Of a stretch of 64,000 bases of DNA, positions 37,270 through 46,658 are shown one piece after another. This stretch comes from Thermoplasmata archaeon. GTDB lineage: Archaea; Thermoplasmatota; Thermoplasmata; WALJ01. The stretch is from positions 20,581-84,580 of the forward strand of contig JALTFR010000049.1 of NCBI GenBank assembly GCA_027006785.1. The letters are read 5' to 3'. Within the stretch, counting starts at the first letter, position 1, and every line of letters begins with the position of its first letter. The notes beneath the pieces are model-generated. The model did no database searches. It was not told where the DNA came from and saw only the letters and a program-made list of their open reading frames with translations. A program made the position numbers and the translations under genes.

Positions 37270-38133
37270 ATGGCGACTAAAAAGCGAATTTCTGAGATAC
37301 GCAGTGCCGAAGAGAAGTACAATGCGATGATAGCTCGAAGGGACGAACTCAACGCTCAGGCAAGGCTTATCAACAGCGAGAGAAAGATGATAATCGAAAA
37401 GAGAAAGGAGCTTATGGCCGAGATGGATGGGATAAAGAAAAGGAAACAGGACCTTATCCAGAAGATGAGAGACCATAAGAAGCTTAGGAACGAACTTCAG
37501 GCCAAGGCAAGAGAGCATATTGAGGTTAAAAAGAACCGTATGAAGGGAAAGTTCGGAAACTCACGGGAAGAGGTGGAGCGCCTCAAAAAAGAGATTGCAA
37601 GGATGGAAGAGGAATACGAGACCTCGGGAACTAGAAGCATTCAGGAAGAGAATAAGCTGCTTGATGAGATAAAGAAGAAGAAGGCTAGGATGCATGAACT
37701 TGAAAAAGTCGCTCAGGAAGAGGAGAATATCAAAGGGGAGATAGCCGAACTGGACAACAAAATAGATGAGCTTTTCAAGGCTGCTGATGAGGAGCATAAA
37801 AAAGTTGTGGAACTCTCAAAACAGATTGATGAAGCACATAAGGAGTTCATGGAAAAGTTCAACGAGATATCAGTACTTATTGCGGAAGAGAAGGAGAAAA
37901 GAGAAGAATATCTCGAGATAAAGAAGGCTGCTGATGAGTATCACAAAAAGGCAATGGAATACCGTGAGAAAATACTGGCCATGAAACGTGAAAAACGCAA
38001 GGAATATATGGAGAAGAAGAAGACCATAGACGAGCACAATAAAAAGGCCAGAGAGAATCTGGAGGCCAACAAGGACAAATATGCAGACAAGGCTCTGGAA
38101 GAACTGCTCAAAAAGGGAAAAATAGAGATATGA
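37270..38133 (+). CDS. K/E-rich coiled-coil protein (archaeal COG1340-like)
   Basis: 287 aa of almost uninterrupted heptad coiled coil (KKRKQDLIQKMRDHKKLRNELQAKAREH...). Divergent from herA. Confidence 0.45.
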   Translation: MATKKRISEIRSAEEKYNAMIARRDELNAQARLINSERKMIIEKRKELMAEMDGIKKRKQDLIQKMRDHKKLRNELQAKAREHIEVKKNRMKGKFGNSREEVERLKKEIARMEEEYETSGTRSIQEENKLLDEIKKKKARMHELEKVAQEEENIKGEIAELDNKIDELFKAADEEHKKVVELSKQIDEAHKEFMEKFNEISVLIAEEKEKREEYLEIKKAADEYHKKAMEYREKILAMKREKRKEYMEKKKTIDEHNKKARENLEANKDKYADKALEELLKKGKIEI

Positions 38134-38146
38134 ACGGAGGGAGAGA

Positions 38147-38635
38147 ATGAGATGTGAGATGTGTGGAAAGGATGTCCCTCACCTCAGGAAGGTCCTGATA
38201 GAAGGGACAGTTTTGAATGTCTGCAATGAATGTGCTAAATTCGGAACCCCTGTATCCGAAAAGGAGGCCATGAAGTATGATACGAAGAGCACTGTGCAGG
38301 AAAGGCTTGAAATGCGGGAAAAAAGGATGAGAGAGAGGGATGTCCTTGAAAGCGAGATGGTTCTGGATCCTGAGTTTGCAGACAGGGTGAGAAATGCGAG
38401 AATGAAACTGGGAATAAGCCAGGAAGAGCTTGCAAAGAAGATAAACGAGAAGCATTCCGTTATATCAAAAATAGAGCACGGAGACCTTGTGCCTGATGAG
38501 AACGTCAGAAAGAAACTTGAAAAAGCTCTCAGCATAAAATTAATGGTGAGAAGCGAGCCGGTAGCGGTTCAGAAAAAGAGCGCTCAGAGGAGAGGACTCA
38601 CATTAGGCGACCTCATTCGTATGGAAGAGGAATAA
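38147..38635 (+). CDS. mbf1: multiprotein bridging factor 1 (aMBF1): Zn-ribbon plus HTH_XRE
   Basis: MRCEMCGKDV...CNECAKFG is the zinc ribbon. The C-terminal HTH is RVRNARMKLGISQEELAKKINEKHSVISKIE. Confidence 0.8.
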   Translation: MRCEMCGKDVPHLRKVLIEGTVLNVCNECAKFGTPVSEKEAMKYDTKSTVQERLEMREKRMRERDVLESEMVLDPEFADRVRNARMKLGISQEELAKKINEKHSVISKIEHGDLVPDENVRKKLEKALSIKLMVRSEPVAVQKKSAQRRGLTLGDLIRMEEE

Positions 38636-39180
38636 CTGCAATACTCCTGCTGGCAATAATTCTCTCCCCTCCTGTATCTGCGGTACATATAGCTGATGTA
38701 AGTGTTGAAAAAGGGAGCAGCACCATAAACATCTACGTTCATCTGAGCGAATACAGTTCGGTAAAAAACGTATCGGTATACATCTATTATGCCTTTGAGC
38801 AGGATATCACCGAAGAGGGCAACAGCTCTCACATGCGCATGTCCTACAACAGTAACGACGGCCTCTGGCAGGCAAGCATCCCGAAAAAATACGATACCAG
38901 CACCCTCTATTACTGGATAAATGTGACGGACTACGGCGCGAACAATCTCTCGGATATGTATGCGAAATACGGACCTGAGAAGTATTCCTATACAACACCC
39001 ATGGATTTTCAGTATCGCCCGTGTATAATCGGTGCGGTCATATTCTTCGCAGCTTTTGAGGTAATTATGCATTACAGCAGGCTGAGAGAGAGTTTTCCCG
39101 GAAAAAAAGACCGTGAAGATGAGAACCTGGAAAAAATGCAGGATGAGGAGAAAAAGCGCAAGGATGAGTCAGGGCAGTGA
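38521..39180 (+). other. open frame encoding a secreted/anchored-type protein with no canonical start codon before its hydrophobic N-segment
   Basis: The frame is open from the TGA at 38518. It encodes ...ITAILLLAIILSPPVSAVHIADVSVEKGSSTINIYVHLSEY... then a C-terminal TM PCIIGAVIFFAAF and a KE tail. The first ATG/GTG/TTG in frame is at 38833 (table ORF 38833..39180). Confidence 0.3.
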
Positions 39181-40095
39181 GTTCGCCTTTTTTTCAAGTA
39201 TCTCTTTTGTGACCATATATGTTTCAAACGGAGGCTGTCCCTGAGTATCGAGAAGTCCTCTTCTCACCAGAGCTTTCAGGTTGTTGTTTGCCATATCAGT
39301 GGTTATCTTGAAGAAATGAGATATATCACTGACGTTCATTCCATCTGATTCAAAGATGCTTTCGAATATGTTTCTTGTGAGGTCCGGCATGTCCTCAGAG
39401 GCATAGATTCTGTCAAAATAGAAATATTCTTCGGGAGAGCGCATCTTTTTTCTTGTAACAGGTATCCTTCCCGCTCTGAAATCCCTCAACAGCTTTCCAC
39501 GTATAACATCAATGTCATAGGAAAAACGCTCTTCTTTTGTGTATGCACATACCCGGAGTGTCATGGGCAGTGTTCCGAGTTCTCTCATCTTCTCCCATGT
39601 TGATTCGAGGGTCCACAAATCTGGTATGAGCGGACGCGGAGGATCTTCCAGGACATACTTTGACATCGTAGCGATGGAACGCGGAACATAGAAATTAACT
39701 GGAAATGCCCGTATCATTGCTCTTTTCTCTATAAGTTCACTTGCCTTTGCCCACTTATCAATGGCTTTCGCATCATAATTAAAGAAAGCCAGACCTCCGA
39801 GACCGCCTTTTATTACCTTTATTACCTTTGTCGGTCGGTTGAAATCCCAGTTCTCATTGAGAACCGGTTTTATGAACCTCAGTTCTATGGTGTCTATTTC
39901 ATCCACCTCGACCATGGCGTCCAGAAGATTCTCATACAACTCCCCATTTATAAAGAAAGCAACACTGGAAAGATGGGGTTTTTCGCTCTGAAGATGAGAT
40001 TTTACTCTCTTTATCATCTCTTTTTGTGCATATTCATCGACTTCTTTATCTGGGCCCAGTTTGATAACTGATTCGCATTTCTCCAGAATCTCCAT
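39169..40095 (-). CDS. hypothetical protein with C-terminal winged-helix DNA-binding domain
   Basis: C-terminal GMNVSDISHFFKITTDMANNNLKALVRRGLLD is wHTH-like. Start MEILEKC. The table ORF extends to 40182. Confidence 0.35.
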   Translation of the reverse strand: MEILEKCESVIKLGPDKEVDEYAQKEMIKRVKSHLQSEKPHLSSVAFFINGELYENLLDAMVEVDEIDTIELRFIKPVLNENWDFNRPTKVIKVIKGGLGGLAFFNYDAKAIDKWAKASELIEKRAMIRAFPVNFYVPRSIATMSKYVLEDPPRPLIPDLWTLESTWEKMRELGTLPMTLRVCAYTKEERFSYDIDVIRGKLLRDFRAGRIPVTRKKMRSPEEYFYFDRIYASEDMPDLTRNIFESIFESDGMNVSDISHFFKITTDMANNNLKALVRRGLLDTQGQPPFETYMVTKEILEKKANSLP

Positions 40096-40253
40096 CGAAA
40101 AATTAGATGTTCTGTTGGTATTAAAGGTTTTCTGGGAATTTTCGCAAAATGACACATCAATAAAACATAAAAGATGAAGCAAAATCTTTAAATAATTGAG
40201 TGGAAGTGAGCGAACGTCGTCAACGTACTGTTTTCGACAAAGGAGTAGATAGA

Positions 40254-40688
40254 ATGTCCGTAAAGAAAGGAGATAAGGTCGCAGTGGAATATAAAGGCAC
40301 TCTTGACGATGGAGATGTTTTCGACAGTTCCGAAGGTGGAGAACCGCTGGAATTTGTCATAGGTTCCGGAGAGATAATACCTGCATTCGAAGATGCTGTT
40401 CTGGGCATGGAAGAAGGTGAAGAGAAGGATTTCAGAATAGAAGCGGCGGATGCTTACGGTGAACACGATCCTAATCTCGTAGAAGAGGTGCCCCGCGAAA
40501 CACTGCCTGAAGGCGATATAAAACCCGGTATTATGCTTGTTGCACAGCTCGAAGACGGAACGGAGATACCTGCCACCATAGCCGAAGTTGGGAAAGAAAC
40601 AGCGAAGATAGACTTCAATCATCCACTCGCCGGAAAGGCACTGAATTTCCACATAAAACTCATTAAAATAGAGAGTTCTGAGGAATGA
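40254..40688 (+). CDS. FKBP-type peptidyl-prolyl cis-trans isomerase (SlyD-like)
   Basis: MSVKKGDKVAVEYKGTLDDGDVFDSS...LEFVIGSGEIIPAFEDAVLGMEEGE is an FKBP core with IF insertion. Confidence 0.8.
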   Translation: MSVKKGDKVAVEYKGTLDDGDVFDSSEGGEPLEFVIGSGEIIPAFEDAVLGMEEGEEKDFRIEAADAYGEHDPNLVEEVPRETLPEGDIKPGIMLVAQLEDGTEIPATIAEVGKETAKIDFNHPLAGKALNFHIKLIKIESSEE

Positions 40689-40691
40689 TCC

Positions 40692-42059
40692 TCAGTTCTT
40701 CTTAACTCTTATTTTTTTGAATATTTTTGAAGTAACCGCACGGTGTGCCTTCCCATAATGCATTTCTATGGTTCCTTCTTTTCCTTTTATATGAACCCTT
40801 CCGATGTCCTCGTCCCTTATCCCTACCTTTTCGAGTGCTCTTATCAGTTCCAGCCTCTTCATATCCTCTTTGAGCTCGAACTCAAGGGTGACCATTCCAA
40901 AGACATCCGCATACTCCCGATAGTCCATGCGCTCCCTGACTCTGCCTCTCTGCTTGAGCTTCAGTTCAGGAATTCTTCTGTCAACAAAAAGCTCTATCCT
41001 TGAGAATGGTTCCTGCTCATCTCTGCTCACAAATGTTATGGCCTTGCCCTTCTTCCCCATCCTTCCGGTGCGGCCTATCCGGTGCACATAGTCCTTGGGA
41101 TAGAGCGGAACATCGTAATTCACCACATGGGTTATTCCCTCAACATCTATTCCACGGGCAGCAACATCCGTGGCCACAAGTATGTTTATCTTTCCGCTCT
41201 TGAAGTCGTTCATGGTCCTTGTCCTTGCGGCCTGACTCATATCTCCGTGTATTGCGAACGCCTTGTAGCCGTTCTTTTTCAACTGGTCGGCAAGCCTCTG
41301 GGTGCCTATCTTCGTCCTGCAGAATATCAGGTATTTGCCGGGCTCGTTGTCCAGAAGGGAGGATAACTTGGCGAGCTTATTCATTCCTCCGACCTTTATC
41401 TGATACTGCTTGATTCCCTTGGCGGATATGTCATCCTGCGAGAGTTTCAGAGTATCCGGGTTGTCCATGTATTTCCTTGCCAGATCCACTATCTCATCCG
41501 GCATCGTTGCTGAGCACAGTATCATCTGCTTCTCATACGGTGTTCTGGACATTATCCACTTGATGTCGTCCAGAAATCCCATGTCAAGCATCCTGTCCGC
41601 TTCGTCCAGAACGAAGAACCTGAGGTTGTCCAGCTGGAGAGCGCCCCTCTTTATCAGGTCTATCACCCTGCCGGGAGTACCTGCCACTATGGATGTCTTC
41701 GGAAGCTTCCTTATCTGAGGGTCTATCGCCGCACCGCCGTATACTGCCATGGTGTTCAACTTAAACTCTCTGCCAAGGGCCTCGGCCTCGTCCGCCACCT
41801 GCTGGGCAAGTTCTCTGGTGGGAACAAGTATAAGGGCCTCAACCCCGGCATCTCCCTCAATGGTCTCGAATATGGGTATCAGGAAGGCCATGGTCTTTCC
41901 GGAGCCTGTTCTGGCCTGCACGAGCACATCCTTGCCCTTCATGGCAGGAGGTATGGTCTCTATCTGCACCTGCGTGGGTGCCTTGTAGCCCTTCTTCTTC
42001 AGGGCCTTTAAAGTCATTTCACTGAGATTTAAATCTTCAAAGCTCTTTACATCACTCAT
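40692..42059 (-). CDS. DEAD-box ATP-dependent RNA helicase with C-terminal DbpA-type RNA-binding domain
   Basis: Q motif. GSGKT. VLDEADRMLDMGF. SAT. HRIGRTGR. Confidence 0.85.
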   Translation of the reverse strand: MSDVKSFEDLNLSEMTLKALKKKGYKAPTQVQIETIPPAMKGKDVLVQARTGSGKTMAFLIPIFETIEGDAGVEALILVPTRELAQQVADEAEALGREFKLNTMAVYGGAAIDPQIRKLPKTSIVAGTPGRVIDLIKRGALQLDNLRFFVLDEADRMLDMGFLDDIKWIMSRTPYEKQMILCSATMPDEIVDLARKYMDNPDTLKLSQDDISAKGIKQYQIKVGGMNKLAKLSSLLDNEPGKYLIFCRTKIGTQRLADQLKKNGYKAFAIHGDMSQAARTRTMNDFKSGKINILVATDVAARGIDVEGITHVVNYDVPLYPKDYVHRIGRTGRMGKKGKAITFVSRDEQEPFSRIELFVDRRIPELKLKQRGRVRERMDYREYADVFGMVTLEFELKEDMKRLELIRALEKVGIRDEDIGRVHIKGKEGTIEMHYGKAHRAVTSKIFKKIRVKKN

Positions 42060-42113
42060 CTCTTTTCCCTTCTTGCGTTTTTTAATGCATTGAGGCTTAC
42101 CACTATTTAAAGG

Positions 42114-43163
42114 TTGATGTGCTCAATCTTTAAATCCACAAGCGGATTGCAGTCCGTGAGCGAAAGAGAGGCCATGTTCTACAGCCCGTTCAAGGGCATG
42201 CTCAGGTGCGAGCTATGTTCCCACAGGTGCCCGATACCCGAGGGAAAGGTGGGCATATGTGGTGTGAGGCAGAACAGGAAGAACAAACTGTATGCCCTGT
42301 CATATGGAAAACCTGCGGCCATCGCGGTGGACCCGATTGAGAAGAAACCGCTTTTCCATTTTTACCCGGGAACCGGTGTCCTTTCATTCGGAGGCGTGGG
42401 CTGCAATTTCAGGTGTCAGCACTGTCAGAACTGGGATATCAGTCAGGCGGACCTCTCATTTTCATATCTGAAGCATGTTCCACCTGAGAATATTCCTGCT
42501 CTGGCGAAGAAATACGGTGCGAAGGGCGTCGCATGGACATACAACGAGCCTACCATCTGGTATGAATACACCTATGATTCCTCAAAGCTTGTGAAGAGAG
42601 AGGGCATGTATTCGGTCTATGTCACCAACGGATACATGGAAGAGGAGCCCATGAAGGAACTGAGAAAGTATGTGGATGCGATGAACATAGATGTGAAAGC
42701 ATTCACAGAGGAATTCTACAGGAAGATAGTGGGCGCGAAGCTCCAGCCGGTGCTGGACCATGTTGTCGCGGCAAAGGAACTGGGATATCATGTTGAGCTC
42801 ACATACCTGATAATTCCGGGACAGAACGACGACCCCGGCGAGATAGAGCGCTTCTCAAGATGGGTGGCGGAGTATGTCGGCACCGAGACCCCTGTCCATT
42901 TCTCAAGGTTCCATCCGGACTACAGGATGACGAATGTCAGGCCAACTCCATACACCACCATGATGAAAGCATACGAGACAGCCAAAAAAGAGGGACTGGA
43001 ATATGTGTACCTGGGCAACATGATAACGGACAAGGAGAACACATACTGTCCAGAATGCGGGGAGTTGCTCATAGAGAGGCAGGGCTTCTCCATCACGAAG
43101 TACAACATCAAAAAGGGAAAGTGTCCGAAATGCGGGCATAGAATACATGGGGTGGGTCTTTGA
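42114..43163 (+). CDS. AmmeMemoRadiSam-system radical SAM enzyme (PFL-activating-enzyme-like)
   Basis: CELCSHRCPIPEGKVGICGVRQN is the N-terminal Cys cluster. GCNFRCQHCQNW is CxxxCxxC. Probable start MFYSPFKG at 42174. Confidence 0.7.
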   Translation: MMCSIFKSTSGLQSVSEREAMFYSPFKGMLRCELCSHRCPIPEGKVGICGVRQNRKNKLYALSYGKPAAIAVDPIEKKPLFHFYPGTGVLSFGGVGCNFRCQHCQNWDISQADLSFSYLKHVPPENIPALAKKYGAKGVAWTYNEPTIWYEYTYDSSKLVKREGMYSVYVTNGYMEEEPMKELRKYVDAMNIDVKAFTEEFYRKIVGAKLQPVLDHVVAAKELGYHVELTYLIIPGQNDDPGEIERFSRWVAEYVGTETPVHFSRFHPDYRMTNVRPTPYTTMMKAYETAKKEGLEYVYLGNMITDKENTYCPECGELLIERQGFSITKYNIKKGKCPKCGHRIHGVGL

Positions 43164-43840
43164 GATATAGGGCCGTGGCAATGGATGTTGACGGGACGAT
43201 AACGGATGACAATCTCCTGATATGCCCTGAGGCCATAAATGGAATAAGGAGGCTTAAGAAACTGGGGCTTGATGTCATCATCTGCTCCGGAAATGTGCTG
43301 CCCATAGCTTATGCCATATCCTTCTACACAGGTGCCAGAGGGCCGATAGTGGCTGAGAACGGCGGAGTGGTGTATGCAGACGGAGAGGTCTTCGTGCTTG
43401 CGGAGCAGGAGAAGGCCGTTGAGGCATTTGAGTTTTTGAAGGGAAAAGTGGATGTTAAGAGACTCTTCACTGACAGATGGAGGGAGAGCGAGGTCGGATT
43501 CTATCAGGATGTACCGGTTCAGAAAGTGAAAGAGATACTTAGGGGCTACGATGTCCTTGTTGAAAGCTCGGGATATGCGATACACATAATGCCGAACCAT
43601 CTGACGAAGATGGACGGTATACGCTTTCTATCCGACCTGATAGGGATTTCGACCGATGAGATAATAGCGATAGGCGATGGGGACAACGACGCAAGGATGC
43701 TGAAGGGATGCGCCTACGGGATAGCTCTGGCGAACGCATCCGAAAAGGCGAAGGAGAGCGCTGACCACATAACCAAAGAAAGACACGGTAAAGGCTTTCT
43801 TGAAGCCGTAGAACTGATAGAGAAGATGCTTGAAAAATGA
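43160..43840 (+). CDS. HAD-superfamily phosphatase (archaeal phosphoglycolate phosphatase-like)
   Basis: AMDVDGTITD is HAD motif I. GDGDNDARML is motif IV. Confidence 0.7.
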   Translation: MRYRAVAMDVDGTITDDNLLICPEAINGIRRLKKLGLDVIICSGNVLPIAYAISFYTGARGPIVAENGGVVYADGEVFVLAEQEKAVEAFEFLKGKVDVKRLFTDRWRESEVGFYQDVPVQKVKEILRGYDVLVESSGYAIHIMPNHLTKMDGIRFLSDLIGISTDEIIAIGDGDNDARMLKGCAYGIALANASEKAKESADHITKERHGKGFLEAVELIEKMLEK

Positions 43841-43843
43841 AGG

Positions 43844-44022
43844 TGGGGGCACTGGGATTCGAACCCAGATCAGCGGGTATCCCCTGAGCATGTCAGGGTA
43901 TTTACAGGTCATCGCTCCAGTTAATCATCATCGGGGCCTGGCCAAGGACCCTCGGAGCATACCCGTTGGCAATCATCCATGTAACTGGAGCCCGCCAGTC
44001 TGCCTGGTTAGCCTATGCCCCC
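43844..44022 (-). tRNA. tRNA-Trp (anticodon CCA) interrupted by a 106-nt intron at canonical position 37/38
   Basis: Hand-folded on the minus strand: acceptor GGGGGCA/UGCCCCC with A73. D-loop has A14, G18G19, A21. Anticodon stem GCGGG/CCCGC with loop CUCCAG then intron. T-arm CUGGG-UUCGAAU-CCCAG. Exons are 44022-43985 and 43878-43844. Confidence 0.75.
43879..43984 (-). ncRNA. tRNA-Trp intron with box C/D-like motifs and a 10-nt anticodon-loop guide
   Basis: The intron contains AUGAUGA (box C), GAUGA/GAUGAU (C'-like), CCGA (D'-like) and CUGA (box D). The segment UAACUGGAGC is perfectly complementary to exon G31-CUCCAG-UUA and covers C34. This matches known archaeal tRNA-Trp introns that guide 2'-O-methylation in cis. 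Confidence 0.5.
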
Positions 44023-44250
44023 ATGTGATAACGGGCTCCGGAGAGCTCAGCGGTTTCTCATCCTCTGGGCGCGCTTACGCTCTCTCATCTTCTTCTTACG
44101 CCATTTCCAGCGCATCTGGCCTCTTTTTTTCCAAACTCTGGAGCTTCGTTTCATTTAAAGTCCTCTCTTTAGGTGTTTCTGGCGCTCTATTCAATCACCT
44201 TTTTTAACCTTTCGCTTGTGAAGGCGGGAAAAGATTAAATCGGAACCCCA

Positions 44251-45819
44251 TTGCACAGCGTGGACGCACTCGAAGAACTTGCGGAGCGCATAATCTCGGG
44301 CGATATTCGGAGCAAAGAGGAATTGAACAGGGAGAAGGTGAGGGTTGCGAGGAAATACCACCTTGACAGTATTCCGTCCAACACAGAGATACTGCACAGG
44401 ATTCCCGAGGAAAAAAGAGAGGAATACTACAGAGTGCTCCGCATAAAGCCAACGCGCTCCCTGTCCGGCGTTGCAGTTGTGGCCATAATGACCTCCCCCT
44501 ATCCATGCCCGCACGGAAAGTGCATATACTGCCCTGGAGGCCCTGATAAGGGAACGGCGCAGAGCTATACCGGCCATGAGCCCGCTGCCATGAGGGCTGC
44601 TCAGAACCATTTCGACCCATACATGCAGACCAAGAACAGAATTGAGCAACTGGAGGAGATAGGGCACCCCACGGACAAGGTAGACCTGATAATCATGGGA
44701 GGCACGTTCACCGCAAGACCATATGAGTATCAGAGGGTGTTCGTTAAAGGCGCCTTCGATGCGATGAACGGCTCTGTATCGGAGAGCCTTGAAGAGGCGA
44801 AGAGGCTGAATGAGAGCGCAAGGCACAGATGCATAGGGCTGACCGTTGAGACAAGGCCGGACTGGTTCATGGAAAAAGAAATAAGGAACTCTCTTGAACT
44901 GGGAGCCACCAGGGTTGAGCTTGGGATACAGAGTACCTTCGACGATGTTCTGGAAAGGGTGAAAAGGGGACATACAGTTGCTGAGAGCATAAAGTCCACC
45001 AAGCTCGCGAAGGATGCGGGATTGAAGATAGTCTATCACATGATGCCCGGACTTCCCGGCTCGGATGAGAAAAATGATCTGGAATCCTTCAGGCGGATAT
45101 TCACCGACCCCGACTTCATGCCGGACATGCTGAAGATATATCCAACACTTGTTGTGGAAGGCACCGAGCTCTATGAGATGTGGAAGCGCGGAGAGTATGA
45201 ACCGCTGGACACGGAGAAAGCAGCAGAACTCCTGATGAAAGTGAAGGAAATCGTGCCTCCGTGGGTGAGGATACAGCGTATTCAGAGGGACATTCCAACG
45301 CAGTACATCGTTGCAGGTGTTAAGAGGAGCGACCTGAGGGGATATGTGCATCAACTGATGAAGGAAAGGGGGAAGAGGTGCAGGTGCATACGGTGCAGAG
45401 AGATAGGGCATGTGGATTCCGATGTCGGCCCTGAGGATGTCTCGCTGGTGCGCAGGGAATACGATGCCTCCGGAGGAAAGGAAGTGTTTCTGTCATACGA
45501 AGGTCCGGACATGGAACTTGTGGGCTTTGTCAGGCTGCGCAGGGTTCCCGATGATTCATGGGTTGAAGAGACCCGAAAATATGGTGCGATAATACGGGAA
45601 CTGAAGGTCTTCGGCTCACAGGTTCCCATCGGAGATGAATCGAAGGGGAGATGGCAGCACCAGGGCTATGGAAGGAAACTTGTGGATGAGGCTGAGAGGA
45701 TAGCGAAAGACGAGTGGGGCACCGATGGATCGCTCGTCATGAGCGGTGTCGGTGTCAGAGAATATTACAGAAAACTGGGGTATGAAAGGGTTTCGTGGTA
45801 TATGGGGAAGAGGTTCTAG
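44251..45819 (+). CDS. elp3: Elp3-family tRNA uridine(34) carboxymethyl/acetyltransferase (radical SAM plus GNAT)
   Basis: Radical SAM cluster SPYPCPHGKCIYCPGG. C-terminal GNAT QHQGYGRKLVDEAERIA. TTG start in the ORF table. Confidence 0.85.
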   Translation: MHSVDALEELAERIISGDIRSKEELNREKVRVARKYHLDSIPSNTEILHRIPEEKREEYYRVLRIKPTRSLSGVAVVAIMTSPYPCPHGKCIYCPGGPDKGTAQSYTGHEPAAMRAAQNHFDPYMQTKNRIEQLEEIGHPTDKVDLIIMGGTFTARPYEYQRVFVKGAFDAMNGSVSESLEEAKRLNESARHRCIGLTVETRPDWFMEKEIRNSLELGATRVELGIQSTFDDVLERVKRGHTVAESIKSTKLAKDAGLKIVYHMMPGLPGSDEKNDLESFRRIFTDPDFMPDMLKIYPTLVVEGTELYEMWKRGEYEPLDTEKAAELLMKVKEIVPPWVRIQRIQRDIPTQYIVAGVKRSDLRGYVHQLMKERGKRCRCIRCREIGHVDSDVGPEDVSLVRREYDASGGKEVFLSYEGPDMELVGFVRLRRVPDDSWVEETRKYGAIIRELKVFGSQVPIGDESKGRWQHQGYGRKLVDEAERIAKDEWGTDGSLVMSGVGVREYYRKLGYERVSWYMGKRF

Positions 45820-46175
45820 TGCTCGTGCTTTCCTTCCACGAGGACTTCCTGACTTACCTCTAGTTCTCCTTTTTTAAATCTTTCAACAGCATCATTTACC
45901 GTGCCCTTTACATGAGCAATTATTTTTATTCCTGCCGAATTCAGTGCCTCATATGCATTTGGTCCAACTCCGCCGCCTGTTATCATATACTCAACTCCTT
46001 TTGAGGCCAGCGTCATTCCTGCCTTGACACCTGCACCTCCACCTCCGACTTCATTTATAACTGCCTCAAAGTCATCCTTGTCCAGGTCGTATATGATAAA
46101 ATACGGTGTCCTTCCGAACCTATCACTTATTTCTGACTCCATGTCGTTCCCTAGAGATGCTATTCCTATCTTCAT
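45816..46175 (-). CDS. MTH1175/NifX-NifB-like domain protein (second paralog)
   Basis: MKIGIASLGNDMESEISDRFGRTPYFIIYD...GGGGAGVKA. Confidence 0.55.
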   Translation of the reverse strand: MKIGIASLGNDMESEISDRFGRTPYFIIYDLDKDDFEAVINEVGGGGAGVKAGMTLASKGVEYMITGGGVGPNAYEALNSAGIKIIAHVKGTVNDAVERFKKGELEVSQEVLVEGKHEH

Positions 46176-46561
46176 TTTGACTCCTCCTTTTTCTTCTTAT
46201 CTTCCTTTTTCTTGGGTTTTTTGTCCTTTTTGTCCTCAAATCCCTTTTCCAGCGCAAGGGAGCCGTACAGCAGGTGCTCCACGGTCTCCCCCACATAGGT
46301 CCATCCCTGGTAGAAGTTCATGTCATCCGACATGTAGAGGTCCGCCATTATCTGCAGGCGGACGAGTGCCAGCCTCAGTTCCCTGCTCTTTTTTAGCGAA
46401 ACTATCTCATCCAGCCTGAGCGCAAGCTGCCTTGAATCGCTCACTACATCAGCTAGGAGTTTCTCCCACTTCTTGAGTTTATCAGGTCGTTCCTCTCCGG
46501 TTATTGCCACCAGAACCCTGGGGTCGTAGCGCTCTCCGTCTATCTCTACCATGCGGGCCAT
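46172..46561 (-). CDS. hypothetical protein with lysine-rich C-terminal tail
   Basis: Start MARMVEIDGERYDP. Ends DKKDKKPKKKEDKKKKEESK. A TTTATTA TATA-like element lies about 35 nt upstream. The table ORF extends to 46660. Confidence 0.35.
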   Translation of the reverse strand: MARMVEIDGERYDPRVLVAITGEERPDKLKKWEKLLADVVSDSRQLALRLDEIVSLKKSRELRLALVRLQIMADLYMSDDMNFYQGWTYVGETVEHLLYGSLALEKGFEDKKDKKPKKKEDKKKKEESK

Positions 46562-46658
46562 GTTATCACTGTGCCATTTTTGCTTTCCTAATAAAGATTG
46601 CGGGCAGAAGGAACCAGCAAGGTTTAAATCCATCCGGCAATGCCGATACGGTGTCATC

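Noticed and set aside
39169-40182. Possible NurA nuclease next to the HerA region
   Set aside because: No NurA catalytic motifs ([IV]DGS and others) were seen. The protein instead ends in a winged-helix domain, so it is left as hypothetical.
43841-44250. Considered SRP RNA or RNase P RNA for this 410-nt ORF-free region
   Set aside because: A 179-nt stretch folds convincingly as an intron-containing tRNA-Trp. No RNase P or SRP conserved motifs were recognised in the remainder, which is left as the tRNA upstream/promoter region.
44191-45411. 406-aa minus-strand ORF
   Set aside because: Antisense to elp3, and also covers the tRNA-Trp upstream region. Composition is P/H/L-rich and GC-skew artefactual.
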